NCBI GenBank assembly: GCA_964587755.1
Contig: CAZPMC010000006.1
Span: 5,488-69,487 of the forward strand
Length of the DNA stretch: 64,000 nucleotides
Direction: 5' to 3'
From: an uncultured Oscillospiraceae bacterium
Lineage (GTDB): Bacteria > Bacillota > Clostridia > Acetivibrionales > DTU013
In this document: positions 1-10,068 of the stretch, piece by piece
How positions within the stretch are numbered: position 1 is the first letter of the stretch
Layout: every line of letters begins with the position of its first letter
The notes under the pieces: generated by a model
Told to the model about the DNA's origin: nothing
Database searches by the model: none
What the model saw: the letters and a program-made list of their open reading frames with translations, nothing else
Position numbers and translations under genes: made by a program

Positions 1-1
1 T

Positions 2-181
2 ATAAAGCTTATTGCCACGGATAAGATCAGGTGCTTTATCGAGACTATGGATAGAGGGCTAAACAAAGAGGAAAGGGAGTTTCTTAAGCAGTTAATTGTT
101 ACCAGTATGAACAGATCCTTCTGTTATGGCTACGGTATTGGGAAAATAGAAGGGGATACTAAAGAACGGGTTATATTATAG
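2..181 (+). CDS. 3' end of an upstream CDS (C-terminal 59-aa fragment), function unknown
   Basis: Frame 2 is open from the window edge to TAG at 179-181 (...SFCYGYGIGKIEGDTKERVIL*). No motif recognised. Truncated by the window edge. Confidence 0.3.
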   Translation: MKLIATDKIRCFIETMDRGLNKEEREFLKQLIVTSMNRSFCYGYGIGKIEGDTKERVIL

Positions 182-248
182 ATTTAAATTAAAGCAAAAA
201 ATGATAAAAAAGGACAAGCAAATTGGGTAATAAAGGTGTAGAATTTCA

Positions 249-277
249 TTGACATTGCTTTAATGCACTGGTAGAAT
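249..277 (+). promoter_or_regulatory. sigma-A type promoter for the ilv-leu leader
   Basis: TTGACA (249-254), 17-nt spacer, TAGAAT (272-277), directly upstream of the T-box leader. Confidence 0.6.
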
Positions 278-295
278 ATAATACAATTAATTTCA

Positions 296-565
296 AATAG
301 CCAAAGCGATGAAGGAAAAAAGACAATTCCGAGTGCTTAAGAGAGCCGGTGGCTGGTGGAAACCGGTGCATAGGTTTTGTGTATAGCTCGTTCCGGAGTC
401 TCATCATTGTAGTCGGCTGATGAAGATGATGACGGTAACTACGTTATAGTTAAGTACATATGTACTTGCCGAGGATAAGCTTTTATGCTTATCAAATCAG
501 GGTGGTACCACGTTGGATGATTCCCTTCGTCCCTGCAGTAATGCAGTGATGAGGGGTTTTTTATA
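296..565 (+). promoter_or_regulatory. T-box riboswitch leader, probable Leu (CUC) specifier
   Basis: Stem I elements are AGCGATGAAGG (305-315), the AGAGAG bulge (340-345) and the GGTGGAAACC distal loop (355-364). The specifier-loop context is tagCTCgttccGGAG, with CTC at 387-389. The conserved T-box sequence AATCAGGGTGGTACCACG lies at 495-512, followed by an intrinsic terminator. Confidence 0.8.
523..562 (+). terminator. T-box attenuator (intrinsic terminator)
   Basis: CCCTTCGTC (523-531) pairs with GATGAGGGG (548-556), including G-U pairs. An inner stem is CTGCA/TGCAG (533-546). A T6 run follows at 557-562. Confidence 0.75.
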
Positions 566-576
566 AGATAGGAGGG

Positions 577-2211
577 GTGAAAATGAAAATCAACGGTGCC
601 CAAGCAATAGTCAAATCACTTGAGTTAGAAAAAGTCGATACAATATTCGGCTATCCGGGTGCTGCTATCTCTCCGTTTTATGATGCACTATTGGAAGGGA
701 ATATAAGGCATATACTCACCCGCCATGAGCAAGGTGCTGCCTATGCAGCCAACGCTTATGCCCGAGTGACTGGAAAGGTGGGAGTATGTGTGGCTACCTC
801 GGGTCCGGGAGCTACAAATCTCATTACAGGGATTGCAAATGCTTATATGGACAGTATTCCCATAATTGCAATTACAGGACAGGTGGACAGCTCCATGATT
901 GGCACCGACGCCTTTCAAGAGGCTGATATTACAGGAGCTACAGCACCATTTTGTAAGAACAACTACCTTGTGAAAAAGGCAGAGGAGCTACCGAGAATAA
1001 TAAAGGAAGCCTTTCACATAGCGGCAACAGGCCGTCCGGGTCCCGTTGTCATTGATGTGCCGATAGATGTACAAAATAGCATTTTGGATTTTAAATATCC
1101 TGAAACTGTTGATATAAGGGGTTATAAGCCAACCGTGAAGGGGCACCCCATGCAGATTAAGAAAGCTGTTGCGGCTCTGGAAGATGCTAAGGCTCCTGTC
1201 ATTTGTGCAGGAGGAGGTGTTATTAGCTCTAAAGCTTCCGGCGAGCTCGTCGCTCTGGCGGAAAAATGCAATATACCTGTAGCGACTACATTAATGGGTA
1301 TTGGCTCTATTCCGTCAGACCATAAGCTTCATACCGGCATGGTCGGGACTCATGGAAGCTTTTTAGCCAATTATGCCGTGCACCATGCAGACCTGGTTCT
1401 CATAATCGGCGCAAGAGTCGGTGACAGGGCAATTGGAGCGGCTTCATCAATATCAAAAAAAGCTAAGGTGGTTCATATTGACATAGACCCTGCCGAAATC
1501 GGTAAAAACATAGAAGCGGCCATTCCTGTGGTGGGAGATGCTAAGCTGATTATAGGGGAAATGCTTGCGGCAGCGAAAGAACTAAGTCGAGATGAATGGT
1601 TAAATGAAATAGAAAAACAAAGAAAGCTTCGTAGGAAAGATAAACCAGCAGGAGACTGTGAAAGCTATGTAAATCCTAAATATGTGCTTTCCGTATTGTC
1701 GGAATTTATTCGGCCGGATACTGTTATTACTACAGAGGTCGGACAAAACCAAATTTGGGCGGCCAATAACTGCAGCATAAGAAAGCCGGGAACCTTTATT
1801 TCTTCCGGAGGTTTGGGAACTATGGGATATGGCCTGCCTGCTGCCATAGGCGCAAAGCTTGGAATCCCCGGTTCTCCGGTGGTGGTTATAAGCGGTGACG
1901 GGAGTTTCCAGATGTCAATGCAGGAGCTTGGGACAATAAAACAATACGGTATCGGAATCAAAATTATACTCTTCAATAATTGCCGTTTGGGAATGGTTCG
2001 TGAACTGCAGCTTAAGAGACATTGCGGAAGATATTCCCAATGCTGTCTTGATGACAACCCGGACTTTGTGATGATTGGAGCGGCATACGGCATTAAAGGG
2101 GAAAGAATCAGCTCCGACAAGGATGTCAGAGCAGCTCTTGAAAGACTATGCGCAAATGAGGGCTCGTACATTTTGGAATGTATTGTGGATCCTATGGAAT
2201 CAACACTCTGA
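577..2211 (+). CDS. ilvB: acetolactate synthase (acetohydroxyacid synthase) large subunit
   Basis: 544-aa ORF of the ThDP-enzyme family, with GYPGAAI near the N-terminus and the ThDP-binding GDGSFQM...NN motif. It is followed by ilvN and ilvC. The true start is probably ATG 583, with GGAGG at 571-575. Confidence 0.93.
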   Translation: MKMKINGAQAIVKSLELEKVDTIFGYPGAAISPFYDALLEGNIRHILTRHEQGAAYAANAYARVTGKVGVCVATSGPGATNLITGIANAYMDSIPIIAITGQVDSSMIGTDAFQEADITGATAPFCKNNYLVKKAEELPRIIKEAFHIAATGRPGPVVIDVPIDVQNSILDFKYPETVDIRGYKPTVKGHPMQIKKAVAALEDAKAPVICAGGGVISSKASGELVALAEKCNIPVATTLMGIGSIPSDHKLHTGMVGTHGSFLANYAVHHADLVLIIGARVGDRAIGAASSISKKAKVVHIDIDPAEIGKNIEAAIPVVGDAKLIIGEMLAAAKELSRDEWLNEIEKQRKLRRKDKPAGDCESYVNPKYVLSVLSEFIRPDTVITTEVGQNQIWAANNCSIRKPGTFISSGGLGTMGYGLPAAIGAKLGIPGSPVVVISGDGSFQMSMQELGTIKQYGIGIKIILFNNCRLGMVRELQLKRHCGRYSQCCLDDNPDFVMIGAAYGIKGERISSDKDVRAALERLCANEGSYILECIVDPMESTL

Positions 2212-2262
2212 GAGTTAAATATAAAGGTTTAGCTGTTAAGAAATAGAGAGGAGATAATCACT

Positions 2263-3776
<1,514 letters not shown>

Positions 3777-3860
3777 GTTGTTTATTAGAGAGATATATAG
3801 AGAGATAAAATGGCGGGAAATACCGCCGGATATTTATGAATATGAAAAGGGGAATGACGT

Positions 3861-5405
3861 ATGGGAAAGAGAATCAAAATTTTCGACACCACGTTGAGAG
3901 ATGGAGAGCAAACTCCGGGAGTAAATCTTAATATACAGGAAAAACTAGAAATTGCCCGTCAACTGGTACGACTAGGTGTAGATGTCATGGAAGCTGGCTT
4001 TGCTATTGCATCACCCGGTGATTTCCTCGCAGTTAAGACGGTGGCAGAAAATATAAAGGGCGCTACAATTGCAAGCCTGTGCAGGGCTGTTGAGCAGGAT
4101 ATAGACAGAGCCTGGGAAGCCGTACGCTATGCTGAGGCTCCAAGGATTCATACCTTTATTGCAACCTCGGACATCCACATGAAATATAAGCTCAGAATGA
4201 CTGAAGAGGAAGTTCTTAACAGGGCGGTTGCAATGGTAAAATACTCTAAAAAATATTGTTCCGATGTTGAGTTTTCTGCAGAGGACGCCAGTAGAACAAG
4301 AACAGAATTCTTGTACAGAATTTTAGAGGCCGTTATTAAGGCAGGAGCAACAGTTGTCAATATTCCTGACACTGTGGGATATGCATCACCCGAGGAATTT
4401 GGGAAATTGATAAAGGGCATAAGAGAAAATGTCCCCAACATTGACAATGCAGAAATAAGCGTCCATTGTCACAATGACCTTGGCATGGCTGTTGCAAATT
4501 CTCTGGAGGCAATGAAAAATGGAGCTACCCAGTTGGAGTGTACTGTAAATGGTCTTGGAGAGCGGGCAGGTAATGCTTCCTTAGAAGAGATTATTATGGG
4601 TATAACCACCAGGAAGGATTATTACGGGGATATTGTTCACAATATCGATACAAAGCAAATATATAGAACAAGCAGACTTGTCAGCAGACTTGCCGGTATT
4701 AAAGTGCAGCCAAACAAAGCAATTGTAGGGTCAAACGCTTTTGCACATGAATCCGGAATTCACCAGCATGGAGTTTTGTCGGAAAAGAGCACTTATGAAA
4801 TTATGACACCCGAATCCATAGGACTGTCTCAAAACAGAATGGTTCTTGGCAAGCTTTCAGGCAGGCATGCCTTTACTGAGAGGCTTAAAGAGATGGGCTA
4901 TAACCTGACTCCTGAAGATATATCTAAGGCATTTGAGAAGTTTAAGGATCTGGCTGACAAGAAGAAAACAGTTTCAGACAGAGATATTGAAGCTCTTGTG
5001 GAGGAAAAGGTATCTCAGGTTGTAGAAACATATAAGCTGGATAGCTTCCAGATTAGCAGCGGAAACAAAATTATTGCCACAGCAACCGTTAATCTTTTGA
5101 GAAATGGTGAGCCTGTGACAGAGGCTGCAGTAGGCGACGGCCCAATAAGTGCCGCATTTAAGGCTATTGAGAAAACTGTAGGCTTTTCGCTGGAGCTTCA
5201 GGATTATAGCTTAAAAGGTGTAACTGAAGGCGCCGACGCGTTGGGAGAAGCTACTGTGCGTGTAATGAAGGGCGACAGGATATATGTGGGCAGAGGTGTC
5301 AGTACTGATATTATAGAAGCAAGTGTTAAGGCATATATACATGCGATAAACAGGATAATAAACGAAAACGGCAAAGGTACAATGGTCAAGGAGGCTACTG
5401 TATGA
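3861..5405 (+). CDS. leuA: 2-isopropylmalate synthase
   Basis: 514 aa. Has the N-terminal [11 protein letters not shown] motif, [12 protein letters not shown], and a C-terminal LeuA dimerisation/regulatory domain. Confidence 0.9.
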   Translation: MGKRIKIFDTTLRDGEQTPGVNLNIQEKLEIARQLVRLGVDVMEAGFAIASPGDFLAVKTVAENIKGATIASLCRAVEQDIDRAWEAVRYAEAPRIHTFIATSDIHMKYKLRMTEEEVLNRAVAMVKYSKKYCSDVEFSAEDASRTRTEFLYRILEAVIKAGATVVNIPDTVGYASPEEFGKLIKGIRENVPNIDNAEISVHCHNDLGMAVANSLEAMKNGATQLECTVNGLGERAGNASLEEIIMGITTRKDYYGDIVHNIDTKQIYRTSRLVSRLAGIKVQPNKAIVGSNAFAHESGIHQHGVLSEKSTYEIMTPESIGLSQNRMVLGKLSGRHAFTERLKEMGYNLTPEDISKAFEKFKDLADKKKTVSDRDIEALVEEKVSQVVETYKLDSFQISSGNKIIATATVNLLRNGEPVTEAAVGDGPISAAFKAIEKTVGFSLELQDYSLKGVTEGADALGEATVRVMKGDRIYVGRGVSTDIIEASVKAYIHAINRIINENGKGTMVKEATV

Positions 5406-6976
5406 AAAACATTGTTGTTTTGGATTCTACATTAAGGGACGGGGCTCAAGCCCAGGGTATATCTTATACTGTAGAAGACAAACTGAAAATTGTAAGGAAG
5501 CTTGACCTGTTGGGGGTTGACTATATTGAGGCCGGAAACCCGGGCTCAAATCCAAAGGATCTGGAATTTTTCGAGAGAGCAGGCAAGCTCAAGCTCAGCA
5601 GAGCAAAGCTAATAGCCTTCGGGAGCACAAGGAGGGTTGGCATTTCAGTAGAGGATGATGCAAATGTTAGATCACTCTTAAGAGCAGGTACGGATGCTGT
5701 TGTGATATTCGGCAAATCATGGGATTTTCAGGTGACTGATATTCTAAAGACGACATTGGATGAGAACTTAAGTATGATTGCCGATACAGTAAGCTATTTT
5801 AAAAGCTTGGGTAAGGAAGTCGTATACGATGCAGAGCATTTTTTCGATGGCTATGCAGCAAATCCGGAATATGCCTTAAAAACCCTTAAGGCAGCTTATG
5901 ATGCCGGGGCAGACAGCATTTGCCTGTGTGACACAAAGGGAAGTGCGCTTCCTCTAACCATATTCAAAATCACAAAGAGAATTGTTGAGATGTATGATAA
6001 ACCTATTGGTATACACTGTCACAATGACAACGGCATGGCTGTTGCCGGGTCAATAATGGCAGTGGAAGCGGGAGCGGCGCAAGTACAGGGGACGATTAAC
6101 GGGCTTGGGGAGAGATGCGGAAATGCGAACCTTTGCACCATTATACCTACCTTGCAGCTTCAAATGGGCTACAGTTGTATCCCAAAGAGCAGTATGCCTG
6201 AAATTACTGCAGTGGCCAGGTCTATCAGTGAAATATCCAATGTAATTCATGATGAGAGGGCGCCTTATGTCGGCAAGTATGCATTTGCACATAAGGCAGG
6301 TATGCATGCCGATGCTGTTGTAAAGAACACAATGGCGTATGAGATGGTAGACCCTGAGGTTGTTGGAAATGAGAGACTGTTCCTGATGTCTGAGGTGGCG
6401 GGCAGGAGTGCTGTGCTCAATATGATTCATAAAATAGAACCTTCAATTACAAAGGACTCGGAGGAGACAAAAATTATACTCCAGAAGCTTAAGGAAATGG
6501 AATATGAAGGATATCAGTATGAAGGTGCAGAGAGCTCATTTGAACTGATTATCATGAAGGTTTTGGGCAAATATCATCCATTCTTTGAGCTGGAGGATTT
6601 TAAGGTAATTGTAAACGAACCTACAACGTCATGTAAACGCAACTCTTCGGCTATGATTAAGGTTAAAGTCGGAGAGCAGGTTGAAATTACAGCAGCAGAG
6701 GGCGACGGACCGGTTAATGCCCTTGATAATGCACTTAGGAAGGCGTTATTAAGGTTTTATCCAAGTATTGCGGATATGAAGCTGACCGACTTTAAGGTAA
6801 GAGTATTGAATTCGGAAGCTGCTACCGCTGCAAAGGTTAGGGTTTTGATTGAGTCTACGGACGGGAATGAAGTTTGGACCACAATAGGGGTCTCCACCGA
6901 CGTTATTGAAGCCAGTTGGATAGCTCTTGTGGATTCCATTGAATATAAGCTGGGAAAGGAAGGCAAGTCAAATTGA
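5402..6976 (+). CDS. cimA: (R)-citramalate synthase (LeuA-family paralog)
   Basis: 524 aa. Has [22 protein letters not shown] and [12 protein letters not shown], with a long C-terminal domain typical of CimA-type enzymes. ATGA start/stop overlap with leuA. Confidence 0.75.
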   Translation: MKNIVVLDSTLRDGAQAQGISYTVEDKLKIVRKLDLLGVDYIEAGNPGSNPKDLEFFERAGKLKLSRAKLIAFGSTRRVGISVEDDANVRSLLRAGTDAVVIFGKSWDFQVTDILKTTLDENLSMIADTVSYFKSLGKEVVYDAEHFFDGYAANPEYALKTLKAAYDAGADSICLCDTKGSALPLTIFKITKRIVEMYDKPIGIHCHNDNGMAVAGSIMAVEAGAAQVQGTINGLGERCGNANLCTIIPTLQLQMGYSCIPKSSMPEITAVARSISEISNVIHDERAPYVGKYAFAHKAGMHADAVVKNTMAYEMVDPEVVGNERLFLMSEVAGRSAVLNMIHKIEPSITKDSEETKIILQKLKEMEYEGYQYEGAESSFELIIMKVLGKYHPFFELEDFKVIVNEPTTSCKRNSSAMIKVKVGEQVEITAAEGDGPVNALDNALRKALLRFYPSIADMKLTDFKVRVLNSEAATAAKVRVLIESTDGNEVWTTIGVSTDVIEASWIALVDSIEYKLGKEGKSN

Positions 6977-7230
6977 TACTTATCGGAAAGCTTCATGTTG
7001 GAGGAAAGCTGGTCAGACAGGGCGATACAATGGATGAAGACGAAACAAAAAGCTTTAGAGACAAGCTAGAAAAGTGCCTTATAGAGCTTTGTGCACAAAT
7101 GGATATACCTGTGCCTCTTTGGCTTAAGAAGAATACAAGAGAGCTTGCCATTTTTAAAAGGACATTTTTCTCCTCCGAACAATTTATTGATAAGGTATGG
7201 TTTGATAAGTTCGAAATATTTTTACAATGA
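6973..7230 (+). CDS. small hypothetical protein (85 aa)
   Basis: ORF overlaps the cimA stop by 4 nt (TTG start preceded by AAGGAAGG) and is followed by a terminator-like hairpin. No motif recognised. An internal ATG at 7030 is an alternative start. Confidence 0.35.
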   Translation: MILIGKLHVGGKLVRQGDTMDEDETKSFRDKLEKCLIELCAQMDIPVPLWLKKNTRELAIFKRTFFSSEQFIDKVWFDKFEIFLQ

Positions 7231-7267
7231 AACAATCTATAATATCAGATTGGGATTAGACAAAAAA

Positions 7268-7322
7268 CCTCCGCATATAAATAGACTGTAACATATTGCA
7301 GCCTTGCGGAGGTGTTATTTTT
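7268..7322 (+). terminator. terminator-like hairpin ending the ilv-leu operon
   Basis: CCTCCGCA (7268-7275) pairs with TGCGGAGG (7305-7312), followed by TGTTATTTTT. The loop is large (29 nt), so strength is uncertain. Confidence 0.5.
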
Positions 7323-8022
7323 GAACAAGCTGAGATTTTATGCTGCGGCCTTCCTTGCGATTTTGTTTGCATTATCTGGAGCCCAGATTTATATTGATAA
7401 AAGGACAAATGTGGTATTAGATACTGATGCTGCTAAAGCAAAGGCGGTATATTCAGTATTTATTGAGATTGAAGATAAAACCCTTTATCTGTTAGAGGAC
7501 GGCAAATCTATAAAGGAATACATTATTGCCTCAGGCAAATCCGGTTATCCGACACCCTTAGGCAGTTGGACCATAGTTGAAAAGGGAGATTGGGGTGAGG
7601 GCTTCGGCGGCAGTTGGATGGGGCTTGATGTACCCTGGGGAAAGTATGGAATTCATGGCACTCTCTCTAACAGCTCTATTGGGTATGCATCAAGCGAAGG
7701 ATGTATCCGGATGTTTAATGATGATGTAGCTGAGCTGTACCATCTTCTGCCCATCGGGACTGAGGTAATGATAGTAAACGGCAAATTTGGTCCCTTTGGA
7801 AATGGCTTCGCAGAAATTAAAGCAGGGGACAGGGGCTCTGATGTGCTTGCAATACAGCGGCAGTTGAAAAAGCTGGGGTTTTATAAAGGTGAGCTTGACG
7901 GTATATATGAGGACGGGCTTAAAAAGGCGCTCCATGAATTCCAGCGCGCCAATGGATTGACGGCTAAAAATACAATTACTAAGGACGATTGGCTTATGAT
8001 GGGATTCAGGGAGTTTGAGTGA
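7321..8022 (+). CDS. L,D-transpeptidase (YkuD domain) with C-terminal peptidoglycan-binding domain
   Basis: Catalytic motif HGT...SSEGCIRM, an N-terminal signal/TM segment, and a C-terminal PG_binding_1-like repeat (GDRGSDVLAIQRQLKKLGFYKGELDGIY). TTG 7321 sits 8 nt after GGAGG. The ORF-track start GTG 7312 overlaps the RBS. Confidence 0.85.
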   Translation: MNKLRFYAAAFLAILFALSGAQIYIDKRTNVVLDTDAAKAKAVYSVFIEIEDKTLYLLEDGKSIKEYIIASGKSGYPTPLGSWTIVEKGDWGEGFGGSWMGLDVPWGKYGIHGTLSNSSIGYASSEGCIRMFNDDVAELYHLLPIGTEVMIVNGKFGPFGNGFAEIKAGDRGSDVLAIQRQLKKLGFYKGELDGIYEDGLKKALHEFQRANGLTAKNTITKDDWLMMGFREFE

Positions 8023-8032
8023 GTAAGATAGA

Positions 8033-8061
8033 TTGACTCTGATTGTGCCGGTTGGTATAAT
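8033..8061 (+). promoter_or_regulatory. sigma-A promoter of the GntR-family gene
   Basis: TTGACT (8033-8038), 17-nt spacer, and an extended -10 TGgTATAAT (8053-8061). Confidence 0.7.
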
Positions 8062-8075
8062 ACAAATATCATTAA

Positions 8076-8095
8076 CTTGTAGAACAACCTACAAG
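8076..8095. promoter_or_regulatory. palindromic operator, candidate GntR/FadR-type site 1
   Basis: CTTGTAG-AACAAC-CTACAAG is a perfect 7-bp inverted repeat just downstream of the promoter. It fits the GntR-type tnGT-N-ACna pattern. Confidence 0.6.
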
Positions 8096-8109
8096 CTAAT
8101 GATATTATA

Positions 8110-8829
8110 ATGAGCAATACACTTGGGAGAAGCCTAATTATGATGCCTATTGGGAAGCGGAATGTAGTAGATATGGCTTACGAGCAGATGAAGGATCTCA
8201 TCATAAACGGAGAGTGGAGGCCTGGCGCAAAAATACCCTCTGAGAATGAGCTGAAAGAAATGCTTAAAGTAAGCAGAAATACTGTAAGAAGTGCTATTCA
8301 AAAATTAAAAACCTTGGGTGTTTTAGAAACAAAGCAGGGGCAGGGGACATTTGTCTGTAAATCGGCATCAGCCGGCTTTGTGAACAGCTTCATGCCTTTT
8401 ATTTCTCTAAGCAAAGAAGATATTCTGGAAATCCTTGAATTCAGAAAAACCATAGAAATCGAGAGTGTTGAGCTTGCAGCCATAAGGCGAGACCATAAGG
8501 ACTTGGAATCAATAAAAGCTGCTGTAGATGAAATGGTGGGGAGCAAGGATGACTTTAAGAGGTATTCTATTGCTGATTATCAATTTCATCTTAGCATTGC
8601 CAGAGCATCAAAAAATAAAATATTTTATATGGTTCTAAAATATCTGAAGGATGTACTATACAATCATTTTGAGGATATGAATAAAGAGCTGGGAGCGGAA
8701 ATGAGTGTTGATAACCACTTAAGGATTTATGAGGCGATTCGGGACAGTGACCCTCAAATGGCAATATTACATATGAAGAACAATATTGAACTAAGTATAA
8801 ATGAAATGCGAAAACATAATGGGACATAG
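8110..8829 (+). CDS. GntR-family transcriptional regulator (FadR/FCD subfamily)
   Basis: N-terminal winged HTH (KIPSENELKEMLKVSRNTVRSAIQKLKTLGVLETKQGQGTFV) plus an all-helical FCD-like C-terminal domain. The start may be ATG 8140/8143. Confidence 0.85.
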   Translation: MSNTLGRSLIMMPIGKRNVVDMAYEQMKDLIINGEWRPGAKIPSENELKEMLKVSRNTVRSAIQKLKTLGVLETKQGQGTFVCKSASAGFVNSFMPFISLSKEDILEILEFRKTIEIESVELAAIRRDHKDLESIKAAVDEMVGSKDDFKRYSIADYQFHLSIARASKNKIFYMVLKYLKDVLYNHFEDMNKELGAEMSVDNHLRIYEAIRDSDPQMAILHMKNNIELSINEMRKHNGT

Positions 8830-8843
8830 TAATATTTTCAAAT

Positions 8844-8867
8844 AACTTGTAGCACAACCAACAAGTT
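8844..8867. promoter_or_regulatory. palindromic operator, candidate GntR-type site 2
   Basis: AACTTGTAGCACAACCAACAAGTT has nearly the same half-sites as 8076-8095. It lies between the regulator gene and the PfkB kinase gene. Confidence 0.55.
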
Positions 8868-8918
8868 CAAACAATAACAGCAATAAACGCAGAAATTAAA
8901 TTTGGGAGGTATCTAGAA

Positions 8919-9992
8919 ATGGAGCTAAAAAAGGATTTTACGTATTCACTAGTTGTTCCGACAAGCATGGGCATAAGAATCACACCAGTTAATGGGCAGC
9001 CTGTTCATTCCAGTGATACTTTTATGTTGCATGTAACAAGCGCTGAGACAAATGTTGCAAGTATTTCGTCATACCTGGGGCTGCCAACAAAGGTTTTGAC
9101 CACATTTGTAAAAGATAGCCCCATTGCCAGGCTTATAAAGGACAATTTGGCAAGCCGCCATATGGCTTATGAGGGGAAGGAGGTACCACAAGGAGAGCCT
9201 TGGGGATACCGTCATCAGATTAACATTGCTGACAGCGGCTTTGGAGTGCGTGGGCCGAGAGTGTACAATGACCGTGCAGGCGAGGTGGGGAGAACTCTGG
9301 ATGTCCGAGATTTTGATTTGGACAGGCTTTTTGGAAAGGAAGGCGTTCAGATAATTCATATGTCAGGTCTTATAGCGGCTTTATCACCTCAAACAGGCAA
9401 CTTCTGTCTTGAGCTGGCAAGAAAAGCGAGGAAGTATGGCACAAAGATATCCTTTGATCTCAATTTCAGAGATTCATTCTGGAAAGGCAGAGAAAAAGAA
9501 TTAAGAGAAATTTTCTCTGAGATAGCAAGTATTTCTGACATACTCATAGGCAATGAAGAAGACTTTCAGCTTAGTCTCGGGATTGAAGGCCCCAAGACCG
9601 GCGGTGAGGGAATTGCCGGAAAAATTGATGGCTTTAAGGAAATGATCGGAAGAGTGAAAAAAGCATACCCCAATGTTTCAGTTTATGCCAATACACTTCG
9701 CCAGGTAATAAGCACAAATAAGCATTTGTGGGGAGCGCTTATGCTTGAAGGCGAAAACTGGTACGTGGCCGAACCCCGCGAAATCCATGTCCTTGACAGA
9801 ATCGGAGGCGGTGATGGGTTTGTCGGAGGACTTCTTTATGCAATACTTAAGGGTTGGGCTCCCGAAAAGTGGATACAATTTGCCTGGGCGTCCGGTGCAT
9901 TGGCTACAACCTTCCTGACAGATTATGCACAGCCCGCAGATGAAGAGCAGATTTGGAGCATCTGGGAGGGTAATGCAAGGGTAAAAAGATAA
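8919..9992 (+). CDS. PfkB/ribokinase-family sugar(-acid) kinase, KdgK-like
   Basis: 357 aa. Has the C-terminal PfkB signature DRIGGGDGFVGGLLYAIL and AETNVA in the N-terminal region. Confidence 0.75.
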   Translation: MELKKDFTYSLVVPTSMGIRITPVNGQPVHSSDTFMLHVTSAETNVASISSYLGLPTKVLTTFVKDSPIARLIKDNLASRHMAYEGKEVPQGEPWGYRHQINIADSGFGVRGPRVYNDRAGEVGRTLDVRDFDLDRLFGKEGVQIIHMSGLIAALSPQTGNFCLELARKARKYGTKISFDLNFRDSFWKGREKELREIFSEIASISDILIGNEEDFQLSLGIEGPKTGGEGIAGKIDGFKEMIGRVKKAYPNVSVYANTLRQVISTNKHLWGALMLEGENWYVAEPREIHVLDRIGGGDGFVGGLLYAILKGWAPEKWIQFAWASGALATTFLTDYAQPADEEQIWSIWEGNARVKR

Positions 9993-10068
9993 GCTGTACT
10001 AAAATAATTAATAAGTGTTAACTAATACTAAACTATTAACCGAATTAAGTAGAATTGGAGGCACTACA

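Noticed and set aside
3812-3830. Small hairpin GGCGG-gaaata-CCGCC between ilvC and leuA as an internal terminator, plus the AGAGAGATA direct repeat just upstream of it.
   Set aside because: The stem is only 5 bp and has no U-tract. The repeat is short and AT/GA-rich. This is too weak to support as a feature.
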